Assembly: GCF_030028105.1 (NCBI RefSeq)
Contig: NC_092374.1
Location: 61,817,377-61,881,376 of the forward strand
Length of the DNA stretch: 64,000 bases
Direction of reading: 5' to 3'
Source of the DNA: Mobula birostris
Taxonomy: Eukaryota
Under the pieces are notes generated by a model. The model had not been told where the DNA came from, made no database searches, and saw only the letters and a program-made list of their open reading frames with translations. The position numbers and the translations under genes were made by a program. Every line of letters starts with the position of its first letter. Position 1 is the stretch's first letter. Below, piece after piece: positions 36,811 through 50,979 of this stretch.

Positions 36811-37959
36811 CTGTGAAATAAAAACACAGATTTAAGAAAGATAATATTTTGGCTCTGAGAAATCAAACTAAATGCAAACATTAAAAAGGCAGGCAACAAG
36901 TATAACTCAACAATTCAAATGTTTGAAGATAATTCAGTAATGAACATCAAGGTCCCGCAAGGGGATATTAGGAGAGTGACTTAAAGCACAGCCAAAGAAG
37001 TAGGGTTTAAAGGATCCTCCTAAAAATGAAACAGGCACAAGGTTAAGAGATGCTAGGGTCTTGGCAGCAAAAACCCCAGTCACTTTTTTTTGGTTGTTGA
37101 GGGAAGTTTCTTTAATAGGGAGAATATAAAATTCGTTGAAAATAATTTTCTTGTGCATTCCTTTCTCTTACTGGTTCTTTTATATTTCTTTTACATTTTT
37201 GTCTTTCTCACAAGAAATTAATGAGTAAATGGAAAATGGGAAAGAGAGGCTGTATTATTATGGATGTTTGACTATGATGTTGTGGGGCGTACTTGATGAC
37301 CAGCTGGCCTTTTCATACCCAACACTTTTATATGTCCTGATTTGTCTTTCCTGTGAGACTAGATGAAGAGTACAAGGACCACTTGCAATTCTTTATCAAT
37401 AGTAATTCCTAACTTCACAGTTCACATGGTTAAGATCCCCAGTACATCAGAAGTTAATATAGGCTGATATGGATTCAGATGTTAATATTCAGTAGTCTAT
37501 GCCAGGAGAAAGTTTGACGTCCTTTGTTTGTATGTGAAGGGAATAAAATCCATTTTAGCGACTAGAATGGGTAGGACCTCAATGCAGACTGCAGCAACAC
37601 ACTGCCATAACAATAGGAACACAGCACCTAATCCTTCAACATAAATATCAGATTGAAAGTTAAGAGTTGGCCTTTATAACTGTTTTTATCCAGTGAGTTC
37701 TGAACTACCAGCCCACATGTGTATGAGTTTTCTAACTTTACTCCATTTGGACCTTAGAACAGTTGAGGAGAAATCCCTACTATTTTGTGTCATTAGCTAC
37801 ACCACAAACAACAATTAAATAAATAACAACTTTATTTTCAAGTTACATTAACTTTTGATATTACTTTATTTGTGAGATCTTGCTGTGCATAAATTGGCTG
37901 CTGCATTTCCAACATTACAACTGTTTAACAAGAACTTCATTTGGTATAAAGCATTTTGG

Positions 37960-38705
37960 AAGGACAAACACAGTAAATTGTAGGGCACTGAGGAATGCGG
38001 AGGAACAAAGAGATCTGGGAGTTCAGATACATAATTCCCTGAAAGTGGTGTCACAGGTAGACAGGGTTGTAAAGAAGGCTTTTGGCATCCTGGCATTCAT
38101 AAATCAAAGTATTGAGTATAGGAGCTGGGATGTTATGGGGAGGTTGTATAAGACATTAGTGCAGCCAAATTTGGAAAATTGTGTACAGTTCTGGTCACTT
38201 AACTATAGGAAGGATATCAGTAAGATTGAAAGAGTGCAGAGAAGATTTACTAGGATGTTGCCGGGTCTTCAGGAGTTGAGTTACAGGGAAAGATTGAACA
38301 GGTTAGAACTTTATTCTTGGAGCGTAGAAGAATGAGGGGAGATTTGATAGAGGTTTACAAAATTATGAGGGGTTTTGACAGAGTAAATGTGAATAGGCTT
38401 TTCCACTTAGATTAGGAGAGATAAATACGAGAGAACATGGCTTTAGGGTGAAAGGGGAAAGGTTTAGGGGGAACATCAGGGGGAACTTCTTCACTTAGAG
38501 AGGGGTGGGAGTGTGGAACGAGCTGACGTGGTAAATGCGGGCTCACTCTTAAGTTTTAAGAATAAATTGCATAGGTACATGGATGGGAGAGGTCTGGAGG
38601 ATTATGGACTGGATGTAGGTCAATGGGAGTAGCGGAATAATGTTTTGGCACAGACTAGAAGGGCCGAATGGCCTGTTTTCTCTGCTACAGTGTTCTATGG
38701 TTCTA
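37960..38705 (+). mobile_element. CR1 3' fragment
   Basis: QRDLGVQIHNSLK...YKTLVQPNLENCVQFWS...ERVQRRFTRMLPGL; gttctatggttcta tail. Confidence 0.9.
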
Positions 38706-38708
38706 GAT

Positions 38709-41057
38709 AAGTGGTTCTCAAAGTGGGTAATATCACCGCTCTGGGGGCATTCAGTAGCAAGGAGAGCAGCTGAGGGAATACAGGTTTGATTTAACAAATG
38801 AATTATTTGTTATAAGCACTTGATTCTCAGTGCCTCATAATTAATTACAATGATCACATCTCTTGCTAACTCCACCACTCTCTTAGACTTTGCTCGAAGT
38901 TGTTGAAAAGCAGTGTAACACTTCTGTATTTGGTGTATCATGGATTGAAGAAATTGTGTTATTTCCAGGCCCTGACCACACATTACTGCCATTCACTTCT
39001 ATAGTACAGAGTTAGGTAGTATGATTCTCATACTCTAATCACACAGTGATACAATTCCTGTGAATTAGGATATGGCATTCAATGAGATAAAGTTCAGAAT
39101 CTGCCATTTCAAATGGTCTTGACCGCATTTCTCTAGCCCACAACCCAACCGAGATATTACTGCCCCACTTTATGTGCCTTCAGGCAGTCAGTCTGGTTTT
39201 CCCTGAGTTATGATGACATCATAACTTTCTCCTGTATTAATCACAGCGCTTGAGGTTGGACTTAAAACAATAAGTGAATGACTGCGGTCATTTACCCATA
39301 ACGAAAATAGCAGAGCAAGATCAAACAAATAAAGTGCAGACAGTATAGTGTGAAATATCTGAAATATGGATTTATACCAGCATCAAGCAACCAACAGCAG
39401 CCAATGTGTGTTGCGTGAAAAAGTTTTCCCCCCCCAAATGAGGCAATGAAACCATCCAGGCTCCTTGAACATTTGAGGAGAATACACTCCAATAAGGCAA
39501 ACCAGAACTCAGCTTATTTTCAGTCACTTTGTGAAAACTTTCAGAAACATAAAACTTTTCAAAGCATGATGGTTTGTGTGCTTCATACATTTCATTGGTC
39601 ATTGCTAAATGGTTCAAGAGTTGTTAATTGCAAGGGGACTAGAAATAGATATGAAAGGGGAGTCAATATTTCATATCATTGAACAGGTTTTCAAAGAGAA
39701 GGGCACTCTGCTCACCAACATTCTTAGTTCTGCAACAGATGGGGCAACATCAATGACAGGATACCACTGTGTGGATTATTAGTTTTTTTTGGAAAAAGCT
39801 GTACCCAACATGTTTACCATTCACTGTGTAAGTGACAGACAACATCTTGTTGTAAAAAACCTAAGCAGTCGGATGACAAATCATTAAATACCATAATCAC
39901 AGCAGTGAATAAAATCAAGTCCCATGTTCTCAATTCTTAATTATTTTGAGAGCTTTGTACTGAGGGTGCTGAACAGTTTGAACACTTGCTCTTGCACAAA
40001 GAAGCCAGCTGGCTCTTAAAAGGAAACTGCCCAAGACACTTTTGTATGCCTTTTGAAATTGTGGTAAGTCTTTGAAGACTTGAATGCTTCATTCAGTAAT
40101 CAACTCAAAAATATTTGGCATGATATTACTTATTTGTCAGAATTATTCACAAAGTCTAATGAAATAACCTTCAATTGCAAGGAAGTGACGTGAATCTTAT
40201 CAAAGTCAAATCAGCCGTCTTTACATGCAAGTTAATCCTGTTTCAGTGCGACACTGACTGTTGCAACCTTTTCCAATGTTTGAGCCTCTCTGAGTTGTAA
40301 GAGAAAGAAAGAATACCAGATGAGGATATTCAAGTATACTGTGCTCACCTGGGTGAGCTGCAGAAAGACATGACAAAGAGATTTCCGGATCTTCTGTCAA
40401 TCCAAATTCCATATTGGGTAATAAATCCATTCCTGAACACTTGTAATGAGGAATTAACAGGAAGGATGGAGGAAGAATTGATCTCAATGCAAAATGACTA
40501 AAGCAGAGGTTCAAAAAAATCATATCAAGACTTTTGGTTGCAGAAAGAAATCTCTGAACATTTTCTTGCACTGTGGAAAAAGGTCAAGATGTTCTTTATT
40601 GCCTTTTCAACATATTTAACGGAACAGAAGTTGTCCAACTTCTTTCAAAGGAACAAAATAGAGTGAAAATTACTAAATGTGGGGATGTGAGACTCCTTCT
40701 GAGTGACATTCAGCCTGATATCACTGCGCAGAGCCCTACCATTTCACTGAAAAGTGAAAAAGCAATGAAGTACTGAATAGTTGGACCACTAGTACACTCT
40801 AAAACTGTTGATGAAAATTCCTTTTACTGTAATTAAATAATTTTATTAGTAGCTTTAAATAGACTTGAATGAATTTTGCAATTTATTTCCACTGCTTTGA
40901 ATTTGTAACTCTTCTCTTCTTTCACTGTGCATTGTAAATTAGAATTCTTTATAGTTTTTATGTAATGGCTGGAAAGGGTTGGTGGGGGAAGAGACACTAG
41001 GGATGTTGTCTGGGAGCCAAGGGGGTGGTAATCCAAAAAAAAATTTGGTAACTACTG
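38709..41057 (+). mobile_element. Decayed hAT transposon of the Buster/Charlie group
   Basis: Ends (a)agtggttctcaaa / tttggtaactactg; transposase remnants KCRQYSVKYLKYGFI, NEAMKPSRLLEHLRRIH, ATDGATSMTG, IHCV, WLLKGN, GDVRLLLSDIQPDI with stops and frameshifts. Confidence 0.85.
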
Positions 41058-41204
41058 CACTGTAGAATTGCAAGTATTTTAATGTTTATCCATACTCTGG
41101 TTTAATTTGGCACTAGCGAAGATGTTTGAAACTTACTGGTAGTTCGGTAGGCAAGAGGTTCAACTAAAAACATTACCTATAACACCCTTTATGAAGCAAA
41201 TTGT

Positions 41205-41945
41205 GGTGAAGTATCACCGCAGGCAGCGAGGAGGCAGGTGGAGATGAGGCTGGTTCGGTGGATCAGCAGTGCCGGGGCATTGTGAGGCGCAACGTGTTCG
41301 AGCCGGGGTAACAGACCGAGTTGGTATTGCTGCCGGAGATGGAGTGAGCGATTTGGAGAGGAGCCAATGCGGAAGTTTCGATGACCGTCCACCTAACCTG
41401 GGTGCAAGATTGCTCCAAGCTCCGAGCCAATTAGGTGAAATCGAGATGGCTTCACAAGCGTACCATGGTGCCAGGGTCTGGGTCCTAGAGTGAGGCACTA
41501 CCCGGAGCTTGGACAATTTAAACGACAGCACAGATAGACTGGAAGCCCAAGTGTCGGGAACGGAGGTGAGGGTCGAGCTGATTTCGCTTGCTCTCCCGCA
41601 AACGTTCATTCTTTTTCAATGGCACCGAGACCGTGAACTGATCTGGCTGCTGTTCGTTTTTGCCCCACTGGTGCGATGAACTGGGACCAAGGCTTGTGCC
41701 TACTCCCAGCTGCTCCAGGAGCAGGTCTGAGGTTCAGTTTGGTTCGGAATGCTGTTGACTCGCTTCTATTGTTTACGTGATTCGTGTCCCCCCTCCCCCC
41801 CCCACCTTTCTCTGCGCAGTGTATTTTTGGTCTTTTTAAAAAAATTGAGTTATTTGAGATTCTTGCTTTGCGGCTGCCTAAAAGCCAGCAAATCTCAAGG
41901 TGTATAATTTATACATTATTTGATAATAAATGTGTTTTGAAATTT
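41205..41945 (+). mobile_element. Non-coding LINE-derived element with CpG-rich head and aataaa...ttgaa tail
   Basis: Tail aatctcaaggtgtata...tttgataataaatgtgttttgaa is shared with 44600-44660 and the reverse complement near 2030-2100; no RT remnant. Confidence 0.5.
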
Positions 41946-41993
41946 GCCAATAATTAAGAAGTCTGCATAGTAACCCTTTATATTGGTACTTAC

Positions 41994-42086
41994 ATCGACA
42001 TGGTACTTTATGTAATAATGAACAACCCAAGCAGGAATCAGTAATCGACTCAGAGTCCACCAACCTGCATTACATGCCTTGTAAGT
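41994..42086 (-). CDS. NDUFB6: NDUFB6 exon 2 (transmembrane helix)
   Basis: tttcAG acceptor, GTAAGT donor, 93 nt; TYKACNAGWWTLSRLLIPAWVVHYYIKYHVD. Confidence 0.95.
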
Positions 42087-42215
42087 CTGAAACACAGAAA
42101 AATAATATGTGAACATACACAAAGATGAGGGGTAGAAGAATTCAGAAAGATTTCATTCAAAACCACCATTGAAAGATGCCATTTCCAGAACCTGACTAGA
42201 CCCTACACAGTACAT

Positions 42216-42860
42216 TTAGATTAGATTAGATTATGAGAACACTCTGTCCTTGTTTATTGTCATTTAGAAATGCATATATGTTCCTCCAGAGTGATATCAC
42301 AGAAAAACAGGACAAACCAAAGACTAACACTGACAGAACAACATAATTATAACATATAGTTACAGCAGTGCAAAGCAATACCATAATGTGATAAGGAACA
42401 GACCATGGGCATGGTAAAAAAAAAAGTCTCAAGTCCCGATCGACTCCCGAGTCCCTGATAGCAGGCGGCAAAAGGGAGAAACTCCCTACCATAAACTTTC
42501 AGGCACCGACAACTGCCGATGCACTGGACGCACCCGACAACAGCCGACACTGACTCTGTCCATCCGAAAACTTTGAGCCTCCGACCAGCCTCTCTGATAC
42601 AGCCTCCCGAGCGCCATCCTCTGCCGAGTGCCTTCGACCTCGCCCCGGCCGCCGAAACAAGCAAAGCCGAGGATTCGGGGCCTTCTGCTCCGGAGATTCC
42701 AGTTACCACACAGTAGCAGCGGCAGCGAAGCGGGCATTTCAGAAGTTTCTCCAGATGTTCCTCTGTACTCTCATGTCTGTCTCCATCAAATCAGAATTGT
42801 GCACGGTCCCCTACTTGACAGATTACAGATATCATTCACCAGAGAGGCCGCGTGCTGCTA
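42216..42860 (-). mobile_element. ~630-bp non-coding retro-element, copy 1, with (TCTAA)n tail
   Basis: Homologous to 47231-47850 and 54777-55400. Confidence 0.8.
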
Positions 42861-44086
42861 AATTGCTGAAACATTATGTCCAATCAAATCCATCCATGAG
42901 ACACAGTGCATTCTCTCGGTTTAAGCCTCACTTTCACATTCACAGGTGAATGATGTAGATAAAAAAGGGAATTTTTTCCAGTATGATATTGATCTGAAAA
43001 TTTTAGAATTTCTCAGCAGATCAGTCTTTCTGTTTTCTGGTGCCTTTCACACTGAAACTGATTTACAGCTTTAGTGTATTTCTTGCTGTAATACAGAAAA
43101 TGTGAAACCAAGGTGGTTGAAGGTTAAATTAGCCCCAAACAATGGGAAGAATACTCTTTAATCATTCTGTGTACTGCTTCACAGAATATCCTGGCCGCCA
43201 CTTGCTAACATATTTGGCCCCTGGGTTTACCAAGTAACCCACTGAGTCAACAGACCAAATATACTTCATAACTGGCCCCTCAATTCTACAGCAGGTACAA
43301 GTAGCACATTTCATTCATTGCAATGAGGTCACCAACCTTGAGCTTAATTTTCTTTATTTTAATTTTCTGTTTAATTCTAAATGAGTCCTGGGCAGCTACA
43401 CAACTGAGGGGCAAATGCAGCTCTGGGTCCAACTCCAGAGGCAGATGGAAAAGAGTACAATGCAGCCTATTATGTCTTACTCCTTGTGGCTGAGGGAACC
43501 AAGAGCAACTGCAGCTCACTACTCAAATTCTGGTCACCTACATCCAACGAATGTAAGCTTTTATTTACTATCTTAGCTGTGGACAGGTTGTAATCATAGG
43601 AGAGCAGAATTAAACTTGACACACAATGCCAACTGAAAAAAATTCAAGGGAGAACACTGATTGAGAACAGCACTGAATGTGAAGTTGTTACTGTCTGTTC
43701 TTTCTCACTGTTCAGTTAAATAAAACCATAAGCATCTGCTGGTCATGAACAATACTGTACCATGCTTCAGGGAAGAATATCCTCAGGAAGAGATTTCAGG
43801 AACGGAAGAAGTATCGATAACAATTGAAAGGTAATGAACAGATAAGAGCAACATCTGCCTACAATAGCCGGCAACCATTGTGAATCTGGAACATGAACCT
43901 ATTTACAGGACTTACTGAAACATCCTTGCTGGCCACAAATACACATGGTCCTCATTCCAGAATGACTGCCTGTGACATCCAGTTATTATTTCAAAGGTGC
44001 CATCAAGAAGCCCTGGTGAAACTTAAGACAATGGGACTCACTCGAGTGAAACCAGTCTAGTGTTGGAATCATACCTTGATAATTGT

Positions 44087-44232
44087 AAAACGCAAACAAG
44101 AGGAATTCTGCAGATGCTGGAAATTCAAGCAACACACATCAAAGTTGCTGGTGAACGCAGCAGGCCAGGCAGCGTCTCTAGGAAGAGTCGACATTTCAGG
44201 CCGAGACCCTTCGTCAGGACTAACCAACTGAA
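44087..44232 (-). mobile_element. Penelope pseudo-LTR mini-element with near-intact hammerhead
   Basis: Minus strand AGTC-CTGACGA-AGGGTCTCGGCCT-GAAAT-GTC-GACT at 44186-44221; TSD cttgataattgt 44075-44086 / cttgatgattgt 44233-44244. Confidence 0.8.
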
Positions 44233-45269
44233 CTTGATGATTGTGGTTGTTGGAAACGATTAATTCCACCCCAGGACATCACTGCAGGATTTTCAGACTC
44301 TAATCAAGGTTTATAATGTGTTCTAGTTTCTAGTTCCTGCTCTGGTTGCTCCTTTCTTCTTACTACTTTTGGCCGATTTTTGAATCGGGGCAGCCTACAG
44401 ATAATGAATACTGAGCTGAATGGAACTGAAATATGAACTAACTTTCGATTTTGTGTTTTATATTCTGTGATTTTGTTCTTTTTTGTTGCCATTTATGTGA
44501 TTTTTTTGCGCATGGGGGCAGAAAGGAGTTTGATCCTTGATATTTTTCTCTGAATGGATTGGTTCTAATCGTTTTTCTTTGTTTTGTGACTGTCTGTGGC
44601 AAAGATGAATCTCAGGATTGTATACTCCATAATAAATAATAAATGTATTTTGAATCCTGAATTGTCTTCATTTGCTTCATCAATGACTTATCACTCATCA
44701 GTCAGAAGTAAGGATGCTTGCTGATGTTAAATTCTACTTGTAATACTTTGGCAAACAAAGCAGACCATACCTGCATGCAGCAAGACCTTAATAATATTCA
44801 GACATAGGCTGATAAATAGCAAGTGACACTGTTTTCACATTAGTGCCAGGTAATCACCTTGCCCAATATGACAGTATCCAACAAACCACCTTGACATTGG
44901 ATGGCATCACCACTAGAGTTCTTCCACATCAACATATTGATCAGCAAGAAACTCAATTAGACCAGCCACATAAAAATTGTGACTACATGAGTTCAGATCC
45001 TATGATAAGTGAAACACCTCCTGTTACCCACAAAGCTCTTCTAGCACCTACAATTCAAAATCATGACAGAAATCTCCCTATTTGCCTGGTTGAATACAAC
45101 TCTACAATACTCAAGAAACTCACATCATACAGGTCAAACAGGCTGCTTAATCGATACCACATCCACCACTAACACAATGTGCAATATCATCTCTAAAGAG
45201 GACAAGAGCACCTAGTGCAGTTGTCTATGACCCCATCCAAGCTGTACATTATCCTAACTTGTAAATACA

Positions 45270-46884
45270 CATTGTCTTGAAAAAGTAGTCAGCCCCCACA
45301 ACTATTTTCACATTTTACTGTCTCATTTCTAAGTTTTAAATATATTGAAGTAAGATTGTTTTGAGCTAATACACAAAACATCGTGCATCATGACAAATCA
45401 AAAGAAAATTTCCTAAACCTGTCAACAACTTACTAAAAATTAAAAACCAAAATTGCCAAGCTAAAAAAGTATCCATTTCTTCTGTAATTTCTGTGCTAAC
45501 TTTCCTCAATACTGTACACTACGTTACCAACCTGTCCAACTTGACGTAGAAAATTAGAGTATCACCTGTTTTCAATAAATTCATAAGAATACATAACCCC
45601 TCTCTTTGTAAGGTCCAGTAGTATGGTAGATTTTCAACAGACCAAACCGAAGTGAAGACAAAAGAGCATTCAAGGCAAGACAGGGAAATGATAATAGAGA
45701 AGCACAAATCTGGGAAAGGGTACAAGACCATGTCAAAGTCACTGAACATATCTCAGAGTTCAGTGCAGTCCATCATGTAAACGTAGAAAAAATATGAAAC
45801 CACAGGAATACTGAGTAGGTCAGACTGCCCCTCTAACCTTAGTCACCGGGGAAGAATAACACTTGTAAGAGAGGCTACTGTAATGCCAACAGTCACTCTG
45901 AGTGAGCTGCAGAAGTCAGTGGCTACAACTGGGGGTGAAGTTCATGGCTCCACAATCTAAGGCCTTGCACAAAAAAGGTATTTATGAAAGGGTGGCAAGG
46001 AAGAAGCCCTTGCTAAAAAAAAAAAAGCATTTCCTTGGCCATAATGACTTTGCAATGCATCACATAGAAGGTACTGTAAAGATGTGGAAGAAGGTCTTGT
46101 GGTCAGATGAGACTGAAGTGGAACTTTTCGGCTTCAACACTAAGCAGTACTTGTGTTATAAATCTAATACAGTGCATCAGCCTGGTAACACCATCACCCC
46201 CATAAAGTATGGTGGAGGTAGCATCATGCTCTAAGATGCTTTTCAGTGGCAGGGACTGGAAATCTGGTCAGGATTGATGTGAAGATGAATGCTGCTAAAT
46301 ACAGAGAGATCCTGGATAAAAACCTGCGAGGCTCTGCCAGATAGCCCAAACTAGGGAGGAAATTCATCTTTCAGCAGGACAACAACCAAAAGCACACTAC
46401 CAGAGCAGCCATGGAGAGGCTTCAATGAAGAAAATTTATATCCTTGAGTGGCCCAGTCAAGAAGCTGACATTAACCCAATAGAACATCTCTGTCTATACC
46501 TCAAGACTGCTGTCCACTCTCACTCCCCATCCAACCTGGCACAGCTTGAGCAATTTTGCAAGGAGGAACAGGCAAATCTTGCTCCATGATGTTGTGCAAA
46601 GCTAACAGACATATCCAAAAAGACTATTGGTTGCAATAGCTGTGAGAGGTGGTTCAATTAAGTACTGAGCAAAGGGGGATGAATACCTTGAACTGCTGAC
46701 ATTCCAGTTTTTGAATGTTTAGTTTTTCAGGCTTTACAATTTTCCCTTTTTTTTTGGATTATACTGTGAAAAAGAAGCATGTGATTCAAAATAAAAATCC
46801 TCTGTTAAATTGATCAAACCTCTGGTTCTAATAGTCACTTATTTGAACAAAGGGTTGGGGGTTGAATACTTATACAAGGCACCA
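45270..46884 (+). mobile_element. Full-length but inactivated Tc1/mariner transposon
   Basis: TIRs cattgtcttgaaaaagtagtcagcccc / ggggttgaatacttatacaaggcacca followed by TA; transposase 45652-46668 with KTKEHS..IIEKHKSGKGYK, RVARKKPLL, WKKVLWSDET, YGGGSIML, FQQDNNQKH, NPIEHL, GGSIKY*; stops and frameshifts. Confidence 0.92.
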
Positions 46885-47230
46885 TATCACCCTTCCTTCA
46901 TTATCTCTGTGTCTGCAGCATGGAAGTTCCCATCCAAAAGTAGCATAGGAGTACCTTCACTCAAAGGACTCAAGTTCATGGAAGTGGCTCCCCACTGCCA
47001 TGTCAAGTGTATTTAGTGACAGACTGAGACATAAAATACCCATACGCTGAGGTGTGTTAGAAAATTACAAGTTCAGCCTTTTACAGACACCAACAAATCT
47101 AAATTGCTTGGTCTCCCAGGCACAGTCATAGAACATTACAGCACAGAAACAGACCCACTGGCCTATCTAATCTGGGCCGAATTATTAGTGTGCCTAAACC
47201 CATCGACCTGCACCCAGACAATAACCCTCT

Positions 47231-47850
47231 ATTAGATTATGAAGACACGTAGTCCTTTTTTATTGTCATTTAGTAATGCATGCATTAAGAAATGATACAA
47301 TATTTCCTCCAGTGTGTTATCACAAAACACAGGACAAACCAAGACTGAAAAAACTAACAAAACCACATAATTATAACGTATAGTTACAACAGTGCAACAA
47401 TACCATAACTTGACGAAGAAGTCCATGAGCACAGTAAAAAGTTCAAAGTCTCTCAAATGTCCCACATCTCACGCAGATGGGAGAAGGAAGAAAAACTCTC
47501 CCTGCCATGTCAACCACAATCCGACTCTGAGTCATCCGAAAACTTCGAGCTCTGATCAGCTCTCCAACACCGAGTACTGAGCGCCATCTTTGCCGAACGA
47601 TTCGACCTCCTTCTCGGTTGCCAAAAGCAGGCAAGGCCAGGGATTTTGAGGCCTACCCTCCGAAAGATTCCCGACCACACAGTAACGACAGCAGCGGACG
47701 AGCATTTCAGAAATTTCTCCAGATGTTCCTCTGTGCTTTCACGTCTGTCTCTATCAAATCAGAATTGTCCACGGCCCCTATTTAACAGATACGATATCAT
47801 TTTTCACCGGAGGGCTGCGCACACGCAGGCGCACCACCATCTTCTCCTCC
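47231..47850 (-). mobile_element. ~620-bp non-coding retro-element, copy 2, inserted in a CR1 3' remnant (~47125-48005)
   Basis: 5' end ggaggagAAGATGGTGG; tail ...aatgacaataaa...cataatctaat. Confidence 0.8.
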
Positions 47851-48005
47851 TGCTTCCTATCCAAAATCTCTCTTAAATGTTGACATCAAACCTGCATCCA
47901 CCACCTTCTGAGTGAAAAAGTTTCTCATTTTCCCCTTAAACATTTCACCTTTCACCCTTAACCACGCCCTTTGGTTCTAGTCTCACCCAACCTAGGCGGA
48001 AAAAG

Positions 48006-50370
48006 TCCATTCAGAAATCTGATGGCAGAGGGGAAGAAGCTGTTTTTGATATGTTGAGTGTGTGTCTTAAGGCTCTGGTACCTCCTCCATGATGGTAGCA
48101 ATGAAAAGAGGACATGACCTGGGTGATGGGGGTCCTTAGTGATGGGTGCCACCTATTTGAGGCATCGCCTTTTGAAGGTGTCCTGGATCTTGGGAATGCC
48201 CATGAGTTGAGCTGTCTGTGTTTACAACTTTCCCCAACGCTGCACAGTGGCCCCTCCATACCAGACTGTGACGTAACCAGTCAGAATGCTCTCCACAGTA
48301 CATCTGTAGAAACTTGCAAGTGTCTTTGGTGACATTCCAAGTCTTCTCAAACTCTAATGCAATGTAGCCACTGTCAAGTTTTCTTTGTAATTGCATTAAT
48401 GTGTTGGGCCCAAGACAAATCTTCAGAGACATTGATATCCAGGAACTTGAAACTGCTCAGCCTTTCCGCTTGCTGACCCCTCGATGAGGACCGGTGTGCG
48501 TTCACTAGACTTCCCCTTCCTGAAGTCCTCGATCAATTCCTTGGTCTTAATGATGTTGAGTGTGAGGTTGTTGCTGTGACACCACTCAGCCAGCTGATCC
48601 ATCTCGCTCCTGTACACCTCCTCATCACCGTCTGAAGCTCCGGTAAGAATAGCTGTGTTGTCGGCAAATTTATAGGTAGTGTTTGAGCTGTGCTGGCTCA
48701 CAGTTGTGGGTGTACAGAGAGTACAGCAGGGTGTTAAGCACACATTCTTGAAATGTACCAGTGTTGGTTGTAGGCAAGGGGGAGATGTTATTTCCCATCC
48801 TCAAATACGGTGGTCTCGCGGTGAAGAATTCAAGGATCCAGTTGCAGAGGGAGGTACAGAAAACCAGGTTTTGGAGCTTGTTGATTAGAACTGAGCACAT
48901 GATTGTGTTCAATGCTGAGCTGTACTCAATAAACAGCAGCCTGATGTAGGTACCACTGTTGTCCAAGTGATTCAACGTTGAGTGGAGAGCCAGTGTGATT
49001 GCATCCACTGTAGATCTGTTGTGGTGACAGGCAAATTGCAGTGGATTCAGGTCCTTGATTTGTCAGGAGTTGATTCTAGCCATGACCAATTTCTCAGAGC
49101 ACTTCATCACAGGAGATGTGAGTGCCACTGGGTGACGGCTGTTGAGGCAGCTCACTCTGCTCTCCTTGGGCATTGGTGTGGTTGTCATCCTTTTACAGCA
49201 GTTGGGAACCTCTGACTGCAGCAGAGAGAGATTGAAAGTGTCTTTGGACACTCCTGCCAGTTGAATGGCATGGGCTTTCAGAGGCTACAAAGTACAGCAT
49301 CAGGACCTGACGCCTTGCAATTGTTCACCGTCTTGAAAGATGTTCTGATGTCTGCCCCCGAGACAGAGATCACAGGGTCACCAGATGCTGCAGGGATTCC
49401 CACAAGTGGAGTTTTAATCTCCCTTTCAAAGCGTGAATAAAAGGCATTGAGCTCATGTGGGAGTGAAAAAGCATCACAGCCATTCACGATGTTACGTTTC
49501 GCTCTGTGGGAAGCAATGGCCTGCAAACCCTGCCAGAGCAGACGTACAACCAATTCTGTCTCCAGCCTCAATCAGAATTGTTTCTTCGCTCTTAAACTAG
49601 CTTCCATAGGTTGTACTTGGACTTCTTGTATAGCTCGGGATCACTGGTCTTGAATAACACAGATCTAGCCCTCAGCGGACTACGAATCTCCTGGTTCTTC
49701 CACGGATTTTGTTTCAGCATGTCCGGTATGTTCTCAAAGGCACACATTCATCCATCCATGCAGATCTTGATGAAGTCAGTGACAACTGTGGCACATTCAT
49801 TCAATTTCTAAGATGAATCCCTGAACACTGTCCACTCCACCGACTGAAAGCAATACAGTAAACCTCTCCTGACCATACCTTCTTGGTCTTCATACTGGTG
49901 CTGTGATCTTTAGTCTCTGCCTGTACGCTGGGAGTACAAGTACAATCAGGTGATCGGACTCCCGAAAGTGCAGGCGTGGGATGGCTCGCTAAGTGTCCTT
50001 GATGGTGATAGTAACAGTGGTCAGGTGTGTTTGCTCTTCTGGTTCCACAGGTGATATGTTGGTGGAAGTTGTTCAGGTACTTCTTCAAGCTGGCTTGGTT
50101 GAAATCCCCCACACTGATAGGGAAGGCATCAGGATGCACTGTTTCACGATTGCTGACTACAGTGCACAGCTCCTCTGGAGCCTGTCTGAGATGGAATATC
50201 TCAGGATGATGGTGGAAAATTCCCTCAGCAGATAAAAGGATGATATTTGACTTCCAGCTGTTCCAGATTGGGTGAGCAGGACAGCCACACCCGTGCACCA
50301 CAATGAGTTAATCATAAAGCATACTCCACCCCCTCTCCCTTTAAAAGACAGAACTGACCCTCTTTGCAGA
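48006..50370 (-). mobile_element. Long decayed Rex1/Babar LINE (endonuclease plus RT)
   Basis: GRGGGVCFMIN, GDFNQASLK, TCGTRRANTPDHCY, PVALTSPVMKCSEKLV, YIRLLFIEYSSALNT, YKFADNT, HPGHVLFSLLPS. Confidence 0.9.
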
Positions 50371-50801
50371 GGATGGTGAAGCCACTGGGCTGTATCCAAA
50401 ATGGTGGCAGTGAGCCACATTTCCAGATAGATTCTTGAGGTAAAGTGAAACAAGGGGGATGGAGACTGGACAGGAAAATGGAAGATCAGCAATGATCTTG
50501 ATCAATGACTGAGTAGGTTCCAAGGTTCTATTCATGCTGCTGACTTATCTACTTATGAAGTAGTCGCCAGATCAAATGTGCAAAGAATTTAAGTTTTGAC
50601 ATTTGGTTAACTGAGCCGAATGTATTGCTAACACTCTTTGAACATTCATCCACCTGGGTCAGGAAGAGAATTAAAGGTACTTGAGCCTGGTCACCCTTGG
50701 GCCAGCTTTATACAAAAGACATAAACAGTTAGAAGTCGCAATGCAGACGCGGCGGTGTCGAGGTGCAATTCGGGGAGGGGGAGCAGTACAAGTTTGCATG
50801 T

Positions 50802-50890
50802 GGATGGGGGTGTCACAGTGCAATCCGAGAATAGATGGGGGGGAGAGGTCACAGTGCAATCCGAGAATAGATGGGGGGGGGGAGAGGTCG
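50802..50890. repeat. Short tandem duplication (~36-39 bp, ~2.5 copies) at the start of NDUFB6 intron 1
   Basis: gtcacagtgcaatccgagaatagatg(g)nagag repeated. Confidence 0.8.
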
Positions 50891-50979
50891 CGATTTACTG
50901 GATGCAAGTGGCTAGTTGTCTGTCAGTTCAGGGTGACGGGACCTGCTCTCCATTCACCCCGTTACCATCGGGCACTCAC

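Noticed and set aside
45652-46668. Tc1 transposase (and the Buster transposase at ~39300-40740) as active or domesticated genes
   Set aside because: Multiple stops and frameshifts
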